Assembly: GCA_010909165.1 (NCBI GenBank)
Contig: MU008159.1
Coordinates: forward strand, 1,550,001 to 1,614,000
DNA length: 64,000 bases
Reading direction: 5' to 3'
From: Anthoceros angustus
Taxonomy: Eukaryota; Plantae; Anthocerotophyta
Below are positions 24,100 to 37,398 of this stretch, one piece after another. The translations under genes and the position numbers were made by a program. The notes under the pieces are model-generated. The model did not search any database. It was not told where the DNA came from and saw only the letters and a list, made by a program, of their open reading frames with translations. Each line of letters starts with the position of its first letter. Position 1 is the first letter of the stretch.

Positions 24100-25947
24100 C
24101 TATTCCAGTTCTTTGGCAAAGTCGGCATTGTCGACGAAGACCTGTGCAGCACGTGTATATTGATTTGAGCGCCGTACCCAGCACGTAGCAGAGAGAAAAA
24201 AAGCTATCTTCAAGTGATCACTCACCGATTTCCAGCCATCGGGGTCCAGGGCAGCAGTGATTTTGGTCTTGATTCCTGGAAGAGGGCCTGGCTCCCTTGT
24301 AATCTTCCCACCTGCAGCTCGAATCGCCTCTGCTGTCTTGTAAACGTCATCTGTGCCAAGAGCAAGCTACAAAGGCAAAGACGAAACCATTGATTCAGTA
24401 TTCCAACTGACCAGAAATAGAAGGCAGCAATGGTCACTGGATCTGAACTGAGGTCTAGGATCTGCGGTTACCTGCGCATAAGCATTCCCCTTCTCGTACT
24501 CTGTAACTCCGTAGTTGTAAGTAAGCTCCAAAATAGTGGTTTTGTCCTCGTCATCATATCCCAAAAATGCAAGAGTGTACTGCACACCCGCAGCAAGACT
24601 TAAGCTCGGACATTATCACATCTCCTGAATGACTTAAAAAACGCAATTGAAAGAGTCTTGAAAGACACAATTCACATCTCCGCTCACCTTGTACTCGGGA
24701 ACATCACGCTTCCGCAACAGCTTCAGGCCAAAAGCCTGCAATCACAAGCGGAATCAGCGAGCAGGCACGAAGCCTTCCTCAGTCACCAGCGCACAAAACC
24801 GAGAACAGAATAATGAGCAAGACATCCGAGTCCCGTCCACGTCCCGTGAAGCACCTTCTCATAGTAACTGATGGACCTATCCAAGTCCCCTACTCGCAAC
24901 ATAACTTGGCAAAGAGGCTCATGAATGTTGCCCTCTCTTTGGATCAACTCGAACTTGTAACCATCAGGGTCGTCAACAAAGGCTATCACAGTGGAGCCCC
25001 CCTTCACAGGTCCAGCCTCCCGTGAAACCTTACCTCCCTTGCTCTTCACCAGCTCCACAGTCTTGTAAACCTGCCTCAGCAAGCCCGGCGTCACCTCCCA
25101 GACCAAGACAACTCCAAACCAAGACAACAAAATGCATCAACTAAGCAATGTCCTTACATCCTCAACAGCGATTCCAAAGTGCCCAAACCCGGTCCCCAGA
25201 TCATACTTATCCACCCCGTAATCTGCAATACCAACATTCAGCATCCTCCCAGATCCCAGCAGAACTGAGCAATAATTTTTTTCCAAAGAAAAACACCACG
25301 CACTGTAGGTCAACTCCACAACGAAGTGAGAATCCTCAGGCCCGTATCCGAGAAACGCATTCGTGTACTTCTCCTCAGGAATGTCCCGCTTTCGCAGAAG
25401 CTTCATCCCTAAACACTCCGTGTAAAACCTGGCAAAACCGAAACCAACGGCATCAGCTCCTCCACCTCATCCCCCTCCGCCAACTCCCAACTCCGGCCCC
25501 CCACTTACTTGATAGTCTTCTCCAGGTCCCCCACGCGGTACACAACATGGAGCAGGCGCCGATTATCCTTCTTCACCCACTCCAGCAGGCCCTCATTGGT
25601 GTCGGCGGGCTCAGCGGTGGCCGGGGCCGCCATGTTGGCCGCGACTTCGCTTCTGATAGGGAAGTCCACCGACCTCCGCGGCTGCTCAGCTGCACACACA
25701 GCACCAAAACCCTACCGGCTTAACGCCAACGCGCCGTGGAACTCCAGAATGCAGCAATCCAATCCAGGCCGAGTCCAGCAATGACCTGCACTGGCCCGGG
25801 TGTGGAGGAACGGCAGGCGGAGGCTTCCGGTTCCTGAGCGGAAGGAGCACACCAGCGACGGAGCCCGGCGGAGCGCAGACGCGGCCAGAGCCCTGAGAGC
25901 AAGAATGAGGCGGGTGCGGCCGATGTTGCAGGAAACACGCCAGCCAT
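24100..25947 (-). CDS. GLX1: Lactoylglutathione lyase (glyoxalase I, two-domain, plastid-type), multi-exon
   Basis: [70 protein letters not shown], ending [11 protein letters not shown]. Confidence 0.95.
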
Positions 25948-27369
25948 GGCCTGCCTTTAGCTGCCTTATTCTCTCTCCCTCACTTCACCCGCACTGTGAC
26001 TGCCTGCCATACTACTCTCCGCGACTCCGACTCGCTTCTCGCGTCACGATTATTCTTTTGTACGGCACCGTATGATCATAGACCGAGACCGTATCTGCTC
26101 TCCGGAGTGTATGGCCGACGCTTGACACTTGTTCATGCTAAGGACGGGCACGTGTCGACGTGCAGAGGACTGGGCTCATTATTGGCGTCCGCCGTGTGAA
26201 TCCGGTTCCTGCTTGTCCTGATTTTCTCTGCCTCCTGCCCGGAAAGCAGACCAGGTGCATTCCATTATGTGATCAGTAGCCTTTGTACGCGGAACTTGCA
26301 CAGACCGGTGTACCATGCATGTTTTGTGATCTTTGCGATTATACTAGACATGGACTGTCGATTTGAACAGCTACAATTTTTCTGCGTGGTCTTCAGCTGG
26401 GGAGTTTGTTGTACAGGCTCTTGCTGATGCCCAGGTGAATAGCTCACTGGAACCGGATGGAATTTCGACAATGCTTGTGTTAACTGTCTTTAGCCTAAAG
26501 GATGTCCCTGGACTCTCAGAAGTACTGCAAATTCAAGAACCACTTCTGTCCCCTTGCAGAAGCACAAAAGGAAAAAATAAGACGACCACGGTATTAGAAG
26601 CCGTTTGCTGCACTAGAAGTGTTTTGCTGTGAACGCTGAAAAGAAGAAGTGTCTTGTTGGCCCAATGCTGGGAATGATACCTGACAGCTGTGTCAATGCA
26701 TGACAGTTTGGGCCTTTCTCGGCATCTCTGAAAGATTGTTCCCCATGACCGATCGAGAAAACAACGCGACAGAAGCTCTCAGCAGGCAGGGGTCCAACTT
26801 CTCCGGCTCTTCTGCTGAGGACTTTGGCTCCCCTCAACGTCTGAGCCCTCGGCTTGCCTGATAGCGATAAAGGCCACCAGTGCCTCCACAAGCATTGACT
26901 TGCATACCTTCGGCTTATTTGCACATACCGGTACTGGATTCAGGGATGGGCTTTACAATGACATCAACAACACACAGCTCCTCCTTGCCTGCTCCACTTA
27001 GGAGAAAGTAAAAATGTATTGCCTCTCATGTTCTTCGATTCCCCTACAAGCATTGGTGCAAAACAAAAAGCAAATCCACGTGACCGCACGGTCAAGAAGA
27101 AGCGCAGGCGAGCGGTTGGACCTGGGGCCTGATGCATGGTGGATGTACGTCTAGATGGAGGTTCGTCATCACGGTGAATGTCCCGTCCCAGGCAAGGTTC
27201 GTCCTCCGTGATGGCGTGGCCTTAGGGCTGTACACTTGGCCTTGATGGCCATCGGGTATGGACGTGCAAGCTCATCGGAGCCAGCCAGTATGGTGTGGTC
27301 ATATACAGTACCTGGGCATACTGCCATACTCTGTTGTTAGACTCGTCTTCCGGCAGCGGTCCCTGAACT

Positions 27370-30300
27370 ATGGCCACAGTATGGCAACTGGACTCGTTGT
27401 GGACCCAACAAATTGGTGTGTGTACAGGGAGTCCACAAGGAGCTCCCGCCCACCGCATCACAGGGAGTCAACCCCTGGCAAGCAAGGCCTCCAGGTGCAG
27501 CAGGGTAAGGATCCCAGCACTTCCACTTCCGAGAAAATTTGTGGGTGTGGACAGGTTTTCCAGCGATGGTCGTTGCCAGGAGCAGGAGCTCTTGTGGAAA
27601 CAATTTTTTCTGGACCCTACCATTTGGTGGGACAACAGACGAGATAAGAAGAGCTCCCGGTCGCCTGACTTCCGGCATAAGGGGTCCGGCGAGGTCCTGT
27701 GGTTAAACAGCATGTTTAAGCCAGCTTGGGTTGATGAGCAGCTCGTTTCCTTGGATATGCAGATAGGTTATGGTGCCTCTCCGTCCAAGTCCACCTCTGC
27801 GGATAAGCCTGAACCTGGCAGGCGTGTAGGATCGAAAATGGCCGTCGTTACAGCTGTAACCGTGAGCACGTTATGTCAGCAGGGGAAACTTTCTGAGGCC
27901 GTTGGAGCCCTGGAATTTCTGGCGCAGACAAACTCTGCTATTTCTCAGTCTCTGTTTTGCATTGTGCTGAAACAGTGTACAGATACGAAGGATTTGGTCG
28001 TGGGGCGACGAGTTCATGATCTCAGTGTCAAACTTGGGTACGAGTCGAATGCATACTTGGGGAACCATATCTTACGCATGTATGCATGTGGAGGTATGCT
28101 AGAGGAGGCCATGGATGTGTTCACCAGGGTAGGCAAACCAGATGTTATCACGTGGGGTTCCATCATATCTGCATATGCTAAACATGGGAAACCCAATGAA
28201 GCCATACAACTGTACCATGAGATGCGTAGGTCAGGAGTGAAGGCGAATGGTCACGTCTTTGTAGCTGCCCTTCAAGCTTGTTCATTTGCTGCTGACTTGG
28301 AATCTGGCAGAAAAGTGCACTGCGATGTCTTGCACAGTGGCATTCCTACTAACTTGTTTGTTGACAACTGTCTGGTGGACATGTATGCAAAATGTGGTGA
28401 GCTAAAAGATGCACGCCATGTTTTTGACAGCATGGCCAAGAAGGATGTGGTGACATGGAATGCCCTGATTTCTGGGTATGCAAAACGTGGTGAACTGGTT
28501 GATGCACGCCAGATTTTTGACAGCATGGCCAGGAAGGATGTGGTGACATGGAATACCTTGATAGCTGGGTATGCTGAGCAAGGGCTCGGACATGAGGCAC
28601 TTGTTCTCTATGGACAAATGGAGCAGGAGGGGCTGATTTTGGCTAACCATATTACTTTTGCTTGCCTTCTGAAGGCCTGTGCATGCACCAGTGCCTTGCA
28701 GAAGGGCAGGCAGCTGCACTCACTGATTGTTGAAAGGGGACTGCTGGATCACATACTGGTGGGCAACGGCCTGGTGGACATGTATTCAAAATGTGGTGAA
28801 CTGGAAGATGCACGGCGGCTTTTTGAATGCATGCCCATAAAGGACGTGGTGACATGGAATGCCCTGATATCTGGATATGCAAAACGTGGTGAACTGAAAG
28901 ATGCACGCCAGGTTTTTGACAGCATGAACACGAAGAATGTAGTGACATGGAATGGCTTGATTGCTGGGTATGCAGAGCAAGGACTAGAACAAGAGGCGCT
29001 TGCACTGTATGAACAAATGGAGCAAGAAGGCCTCATTCTGGCTAACCATGTTACTTTTGCTTGCCTTCTGAAGTCCTGTGCAAGGACTGGTGCCTTACAG
29101 ACGGGAAGGCAGCTGCACTCACAGATTGTGGAAAGAGGACTGCTGGATACATACTGGTGGGCAACTGCCTGGTGGACATGTATGCAAAATGTGGTGAACT
29201 GGAAGATGCACGCCAGGTTTTTGACAGCATGGCCACAAAGGATGTGGTGACATGGACTGCCCTGATAGCTGGGTATGCAGCAAGGGCTCGGACATGAGGC
29301 ACTTGTTCTGCATGGACAAATGGAGCAGGAGGGCCTGATTTTGGCTAACCATGTTACTTTTGCTTGCCTTCTGAAGGCCTGTGCAAGCACTGGTGCCTTA
29401 CAGAAGGGCAGGCAGCTGCACTCACTGATTGTTGAAAGAGGACTGCTGGATACATACTGGTGGGCAACTGCCTGGTGGACATGTATGCAAAATGTGGTGA
29501 ACTGGAAGATGCACGGTTTTGACAGCATGCCCAAAGGATGTGGTGACATGGAATGCCCTGATAGCTGGGTATGCAAAATGTGGTGAACTGAAGATGCACG
29601 CCAGGTTTTTGACAGCATGCATGTGGTGACATGGAATGCTTGATTGCTGGGTATGCAGAGCAAGGACTAGCAAGAGGCGCTTGTGTATGGACAAATGGAG
29701 CAGGAGGCCTCATTTTGGCTAACCATGTTACTTTTGCTTGCCTTCTGAAGGCCTGTGCAAGCACTGGTGCCTTACAGAAGGGCAGGCAGCTGCACTCACA
29801 GATTGTGGAAAGAGGACTGCTGGATAACGTAGTGGTGGGCAACTGCCTGGTGGACATGTATGCAAAATGTGGTGAACTGGAAGATGCACGCCAGGTTTTT
29901 GACAGCATGAACACAAAGGATGTGGTGACATGGACTGCCCTGATAGCTGGGTATGCACAGCAAGGGCTCGGCCAGGAGGCGCTTGTTCTGTATGGACAAA
30001 TGGAGGAGGCAGGCCTCATTTTGGCTAACCATGTTACTTTTGCTTGCCTTCTGAAGGCCTGTGCAAGCACTGGTGCCTTACAGAAGGGCAGGCAGCTGCA
30101 CTCACAGATTGTTGAAAGAGGACTGCTGGATAACGTAGTGGTGGGCAACTGCCTGGTGGACATGTATGCAAAATGTGGTGAACTGGAAGATGCACGCCAG
30201 GTTTTTGACAGCATGCCCAAAGGATGTGGTGACATGGAATGCCCTGATATCTGGTATGCAAAACGTGGTGAACTGAAAGATGCACGCCAGGTTTTGACAG

Positions 30301-33045
30301 CATGAACACAAGGATGTGGTGACATGGAATGCTTGATTGCTGGGTATGCAGCAAGGACTAGAACAAGAGGCGCTTGCACTGTATGAACAAATGGAGCAAG
30401 AAGGCCTCATTCTGGCTAACCATGTTACTTTTGCTTGCCTTCTGAAGTCCTGTGCAAGGACTGGTGCCTTACAGACGGGAAGGCAGCTGCACTCACAGAT
30501 TGTGGAAAGAGGACTGCTGGATAACGTACTGGTGGGCAACTGCCTTGTGGACATGTATGCAAAATGCGGTGAACTGGAAGACGCACACCAGGTATTTGAC
30601 AGCATGGCCACAAAGGATGTGGTGACATGGACTGCCCTGATAGCCGGGTATGCCGAGCAAGCTCTCAGCCAGGAGGTGCTTGTCCTATATGAAAAAATGG
30701 AGCAGGAGGGCCTTATTTTGGCTAGCCATGTTACATTTTCTTGCCTGCTAAAGGCCTGTGCAAGCACTGGTGCCTTACAGAAGGGCAGGCAGCTGCACTC
30801 ACAGATTGTTGAAAGAGGACTGCTGGATAACGTACTGGTGGGCAACTGCCTGGTGGACATGTATGGTGAACTGGAAGATGCACGCCAGGTTTTTGACAGC
30901 ATGGCCACAAAGATGTGGTGACATGGACCGCCCTGATAGCTGGGTATGCACAGCAAGGACTGGGCCAAGAGGCGCTTGTGTATGGACAAATGGAGCAGGA
31001 GGCCCTCATTCTGGCTGACCATGTTACTTTTGCTTGCCTTCTAAAGGCATGTGCAAGCACTGGTGCCTTACAGAAGGGCAGGCACCTGCACTCACTGATA
31101 GTCGAAAGAGGACTGCTGGATACCGCAGTGCTGGGCAACTCCCTGGTGGACATGTATGCAAAATGTGATCAACTGGAAGATGCACGCCAGATTTTTGACA
31201 GCCTGACCACAAAGAATGTGGTCACATGGAATGCCCTGATTGCTGGGTATGCACAGCAAGGACTGGGCCAAGAGGCGCTTGTTCTGTATGGACAAATGGA
31301 GCAAGAAGGGCTCATTTTGGCTGACCATGTTACTTTTGCTTGCCTTCTCAAGGCCTGTGCGCGCACTGGTGCCTTACAGAAGGGCCAGGAGTTGCACTCA
31401 CGAATTGTTGAAACAGGGCTGCTGGAAAACGTAGTGATGGGCAACTGCCTGGTGGACATGTATGCAAAATGTGGTGAACTGGAAGATGCACGCCAGGTTT
31501 TTGACAGCTTGCCCACAAAGGATGTGGTGACATGGAATGCCCTGATTGCTGGGTATGCACAGCAAGGACTCGGCCAAGAGGCGCTTGTTCTGTATGGACA
31601 AATGGAGCAGGAGGGCCTCATTTTGGCTGACCATGTTACTTTTGCTTGCCTTCTGAAGGCCTGTGCAAGCACTGGTGCCTTACAGAAGGGCAGCTGCACT
31701 CACAGATTGTCAAAGAGGACTGCTGGATGACGTAGTGTTGGGCAACTGCCTGGTGGACATGTATGCAAAATGTGGGGAACTGGAAGATGCACGTCGGGTT
31801 TTTGACAGCTTGGCCACAAAGGATGTGGTGACATGGAATGCCCTGATAGCTGGGTATGCACAGCAAGGACTGGGCCAAGAGGCGCTTGTTCTGTATGGAC
31901 AAATGGAGCAAGAGGGCCTGATTTTGGCTGACCATGTTACTTTTGCTTGCCTTCTGAAGGCCTGTGCAAGCACTGGTGCCTTACAGAAGGGCAGGCAGCT
32001 GCACTCACAGATTGTCAAAAGAGGACTGCTGGATGACGTAGTGTTGGGCAACTGCCTGGTGGACATGTATGCAAAATGTGGTGAACTGGAAGATGCACGC
32101 CGGGTTTTTGACAGCTTGGCCACAAAGGATGTGGTGACGTGGAATGCCCTGATATCTGGGTATGGTACCTGTGACGATGGTCACAGAGCACTGGCATGTC
32201 TTGAGGAGATGTTAGCTGCCGGCTTTCGGCCTGATGGTACTACTTTTACTTGCCTTCTAGTAGCATGCAGTCATGAGGGACTGGTCCACGAGGGCCGCAA
32301 GCTCTTTGATTCCATGGCCGAACAGCATGGCGTCAAACCCACTATGGAGCATTACAATTGCATGATTGATCTTCTTGGGCGGGCAGGCCATTTGAATGAG
32401 GCAGAGAAGATGCTTCTGTCATGCGAGGGCCAAAGTAATCTTGTGGGCTTGACGGCTTTGTTGAATGCCTCCAAAAGTCACGGGGATATAGAGAAGGCGA
32501 TGTGGTGTTTTGAATGCATCGTTAGGCTGGAGCCCAAGGGGGCGCCTGCATATGTGCTCATGGCCAATGCCTTCGCAGATGCAGGTAGGTGGACCGATGT
32601 AGACAGGATTGAAACGCAGAGAAGGGTAGCAGGAGCTGACAAGAAACCTGCAGTTACGACCATTGAGGTGAATAAGCAGGTACATAGATTTGTGGTGGGA
32701 GAAAGGAGAGAGGATATCGCGCTTAAGGTAGAGAGCACGAATGCACGTCTGAAGCAGGAAGGAGGCCACGTGCCTCACACAAAATTGGTGTTGAAGCCAC
32801 TGTCTGAGACGGAAAAGGAAGATGTGCTTTGTGGGCATGCTGAGAAGCTAGCCCTGGCGTTTGGTCTCTTGAACACTCCAAGTGGGACACCTCTGGTGGT
32901 GACGAAGAATCTACGCATGTGCAGTGACTGCCACAGTTCCACGGAGATTCTGTCGAGGATTGAACAGAGGGACATAGTTGTAAGGGATGGATACCGTGTG
33001 CATCGATTCGCAAATGGTTGTTGCAGTTGCAAGGGTCGACCGTGA
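27370..33045 (+). CDS. PLS-class PPR protein with N-terminal PDF motif and C-terminal E plus DYW:KP (GRP) domain; candidate U-to-C editing factor; frameshifted in the repeat array as assembled
   Basis: P-L-S(-S) repeats; KKPAVTTIEV in place of the PG box; HAEKLA...CSDCH; terminal CSCKGRP. Confidence 0.92.
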
Positions 33046-33605
33046 GAATGATGAAGGAACTAGGCAAGCTCACCTGCGAGGGACGAGAAGCTGTAGGAGA
33101 TCGGGGGTCAGGGTTGCTGGCCTCCAATTTGAAAGAACAAGACGACATTGGCATTGTGAAAATGCTTGCCAGAGCTCATGGATATTGCCTGTTTCAACGT
33201 TTAAATTCATGCACAGCGGCACCTCTTCCCTGTCTTTTCCGGACGGTTTTCTCGATACATAGTCACTATGTATTGCAACTTCTAGGGCATCCTAAACCAC
33301 AGAAAAGAACGTGAAGTGCCGGCTCCTGGCTAACGTCTCGTACATATGTTGTTGGTAAGGGGATCGTTTCGAAAGGTAAGCCAGGCGACGCAAGCATGGG
33401 AAAGACAAAGCCTCTTTTTGGTTGTCCGCTCCACAGCTTTTGCAACAATACATGCCCTCCTGCCACTGCCAGCCAGCAGGGTTGTGGAACAAAGGCACCT
33501 ATATGATGCTTGACATGGTTGATGCTTGCGCCGAGATCATCTACTGCCGCTAAAATAATCATCTATGTTACAGCCGAGGACGTTGTACAATGGCACAGAG
33601 ACTAG

Positions 33606-34764
33606 CTACTCCTGTGCCATGATATCGGAGATGGATATGGAGCCTGAATTGTCACGGTCCAGCCCCTTGAATTCTTTCAGGATCCGGGTAATGTCCTCCT
33701 CCTCGATTTTGCCCAGCTCTTTGAGCTTGAACAGCACGAACTCGAAGGACCTGCAGTTAGGGGAAGGAAGTTGATGATGAGAAGCCTAGGTGGGGGAGGA
33801 AGGGGCCCAAGAGTGCAGAATTCAGCTCGTTTGCTCACCTGACTTTCCCATCGTGGTCGAAATCGGCAGCTTCCAGGTCTGAGATCGTTGTCTTGCGGGT
33901 GAGAACATACTTTGCCATGGCTTCGTGTCTCGATTCTGTCTGCATCTCCGCTAGGGCTAGAAAGAACTGGGCCACGAACAGAGTGCTGAGGAGGATCCAG
34001 GCGGAGCCGAAGAGTCGGCCTTGCCATGTTTGGAACGTTTGGTCACCGTAGCCCAGGGTGGTCACTGTGACGCAGACGAAGTAGACTGCATCTATCAAGC
34101 TCTTCTCTTCCACCGTCATTAGGACTAGCAGTCCCGTGGCCAAGATGCCCAAAACTAGAAATCCTGTGAGAATGACCTTGGCGTGAGCCTGCTTGACGGG
34201 GGACTCCTCATTGGTGATGGCGTGGATGAGGTAGCCCTCCTGCTTCATCACCAGATAGTTCGCAGCACTGCTGAGCAGGATGCCCACAAGCCCAAATCCC
34301 AGGAACAGGTAGACGATTGTGAAGAACTTGGCAGGGGTGCTGTTGGGGACAATATCACCGTAGCCTACTGTGGTCATGGTGACGATGCAGAAGTAGAGGG
34401 CGTCCACCAGGTTGCTCCCGGTTTTGTGGCCTTCCAGGTTGCTGGAAGTGAAGTAGAAGAGGATAATGCCTGCAGCAAGGTACATGAGGAGAGCCACCAG
34501 AGCGGTTGTCAGGATTGCGGAGGTCTCCTGTTTCTGGTTGAATGGCAGCAAGTCTACAGACTTGGCCACCGATGGGGGACATCGGTCTGCAGACTCGCAT
34601 GATGGAGATGAAATCGAGCGGGCCAGTCTCTTCTTCGGTGTTCCTGTGCTCCTGCTGAGGAGATCCTTACTGGACTGGCTGAGCAGAGGCTCTTGTATGG
34701 CCGCATGTGCGAAAGTCACATGTCCATGCCCAGACGCCTTGCTGGATTGAGATAGGTCACTCAT
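33606..34764 (-). CDS. TPK: Two-pore K+ channel (TPK) with EF-hands; exons 34764-33839 and 33750-33606
   Basis: TTVGYGD and TTLGYGD pore motifs; EF-hand loops DFDHDGKV and DRDNSGSI; RSISSP. Confidence 0.93.
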
Positions 34765-35379
34765 TTTCCTTGTGCGTGTCTGCAGAGAAAGAGAACTTCA
34801 CTGTTCCATGGAATGTGACAGATCTGAGCAAAACCGACAAGGAGAAATGCGAAAAGCGCTCACCAACCGCTTGGGCCCCGAAAGCTTTGAAACTGCCTGA
34901 TAGGAGCTCCACCTCGCAGCTCCCCGTCGACACTGGAAACCCAGCGATCCAGGAGTCCGCTCACGTCATCCAGACCCTGTCTGCTGGACTCTCCAGCATT
35001 ATGAACTGCTCCAGCTGTGCAACGAAGGGCGGCATACAGTTTGGCGATGCCAGCTTCATGGCAAGTGGGTCCCGATGGTCTCTATTTGCAAGCCCGTGAC
35101 GCACGTTCACTAGTCCTGCAGCATCTGTCACACTGCCTAGTGTAGGAACTCTTCGAAGGATGCGATGTTTTGAGGCGCCGACAGGCTGACGCGGTGCGCA
35201 GCTTGAGCAAGCGCCAAGTGTGACACAAAGCGAGCGCCAAAATTCAAACAATCTCCCCCGCGAAGCACACTGACTTTACGGTACAGAGATCGCGCAGAGA
35301 CTCCCCATTTCGTTGGCATAAACGCAAGTGCGGACAATTCTGAAATTGCTCCAAGCTAAGCGGGACTGCTAGACTGCTG

Positions 35380-36561
35380 CTATTGCCAGCCCAAACTGTG
35401 GCGATTCAAATCAGACACAGACAGGATCCCCGAGTCATCCACATCCAGAGCTCTGAATTCCTTTATGAACTTGCGGATGTCAGCTTCGGTGATCTTACCC
35501 AGCTCTTTTAGTTTGTAGAGTACGAAGTCTGATGCTCTGCACAAGCAACGAAAATGTCAGGCAAGTGAGGGATGTGAATGACCATGGTGGGCAGCTGGAG
35601 AATGAAGAATGTGAGACGGTCACCTGACTTTGCCATCCTCATCAATGTCAGCCGCCTCAAGGTCTGCGGTGGTGGTCTTACGAGTGAGCACCCAGTTGGC
35701 AAGATGCTGCTGCTTCTCCTCTGTCCTCATTTCCACCAACGACAGCAAGAGCTGTGTGACACAGAGGGTACTGAGGAGGATCCAGGCCGAGGCAATAAGC
35801 CGGCCAGTCTGAGTCTGGAAGCTGTGGTCGCCATAGCCAAGCGTGGTCATGGTGACACAAGCGGCATAAAATGCATCCAGTGCATTCTTCTTCTCCGCGA
35901 TCATGAACAGAACCACTCCGAGAGCAAGCATGGTGAAGACGAGTATGGCTGTGGTTAATACCTTCCAGTGGGCTGATTGAGTGGGGTAGTCCACCCGCAG
36001 CTGCTCCTGGACGGATGCGTCCGCCTTCCTGTAAATGGCCTTCAACAGGAACCCCTCCTGCTTCATCACCAGGTAGTTAGCAGCCCTGCCCAGGAGGTAG
36101 CTGCAGAGCCAGAAGCCCACCACGAGGTAAACGCAAGTGAGGATCTTCGCCACAGGAGTTGCCGGTGTGATATCGCCGTATCCGACTGTTGTCATGGTCA
36201 CAATGCAGAAGTAGAGCGCATCCACCAGGTAGCCTGTTCTCTGCCCCTGCAGACTGTTCGCAGCCCGATAGAAAACTAGCACGCCGGCTGCCAGGTAGCA
36301 CAGCAGCGCCAGAACAGCGTACACCAGAGTCCTGGATGACAGATTCTTGCTCCTCAAGGGAAGAAATTGCGGGCTGGTCCTCACATTGCATCTGCCAGCA
36401 TCGGTGTGCGCCGGGGCCGACTTCGCCCTCATGAATCTCTTCGGCCTCGGTCCATGGCGATCTGGGCCACCCTCTTGTGAAGTGCCCGACTCGCCTATCA
36501 GAGGCTCGTGCAAAGCAGCAGCTTCCACAGGCAACGACCTGGCCTTCACCAAGTCGCTCAT
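35380..36561 (-). CDS. TPK: Second TPK channel, tandem paralogue; exons 36561-35624 and 35536-35380
   Basis: Two GYGD pores; RAKSAP 14-3-3-type site; EF-hands; same intron position as the first copy. Confidence 0.93.
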
Positions 36562-37398
36562 CTTGCATCTACCCTGAGCCCGTGTCAGCTCCCAACATCA
36601 TCCCCACTAGATGCCAAGCTCCTCCACTGCACTGGGAAGCGCACGCCGGTACGCAATGCACCAACAGAAATGTCATGCTCCCTTTGGGACTGTGCAAAGA
36701 TGCGGGCGCTGTGCACTGTCCGAGTCCCGTCCTCCCTTCCTCCCCAGGTGCACAGCAACAGTGGCCTCCGCATTGTGCTCTCTCCCGAAGCCCCACCGCC
36801 GGATCCATCGGCTCTGTGCACATGCGAGCCCGACGAGCCCCGGCCAAGTGGTCTCAACACTAGACTCCCTCCGACATGGCGACATCTGGGTGCCGCTCTA
36901 TCGATTTCCCGAGGCCAGTGACAGCCCAGTAAAAACTGGTTTCACCGCAGTAGTCTGCCAGTTCGGTGGACAAGGTGACGGTTGTCGGTTGTGGGCTTCC
37001 ACCCAACTGCAGCTTCAATCTGCCGGCAGTCGTCAACCGCATCCCTGCATCTGATTCCTTACGCTGAATGTGGCAGCCCGCAGGCAGGATTCGGGCTACC
37101 CGGTGTTTGGCGGTGGATTCTGCCCTCGCCCGCAAACCGAGGCCAGGGCAGATCGCTCCGGAGTTGCTGTGATCTGCTTGCCTAGCCACACGGAGCGTGG
37201 GATCCGGTCGGAAACCTGGGCCAGCCCGGGGGACAGGTTTAGGGTTGGGCGGAGAGCGCAGATGCATATTTGAGCGGGGCGCGCCGATCCGAGATAGATA
37301 GCATGGGAATTGGTGGGGATTTGCGGCTGGGCTCGGGTTTGGAAACATGTTGACGGCTACATATGCGTTGGGGTCCCGGAGGCAGCAGGGCATGTTCT

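Noticed and set aside
28749-32123. Long minus-strand ORFs over the PPR array
   Set aside because: Antisense shadows of the repeats.
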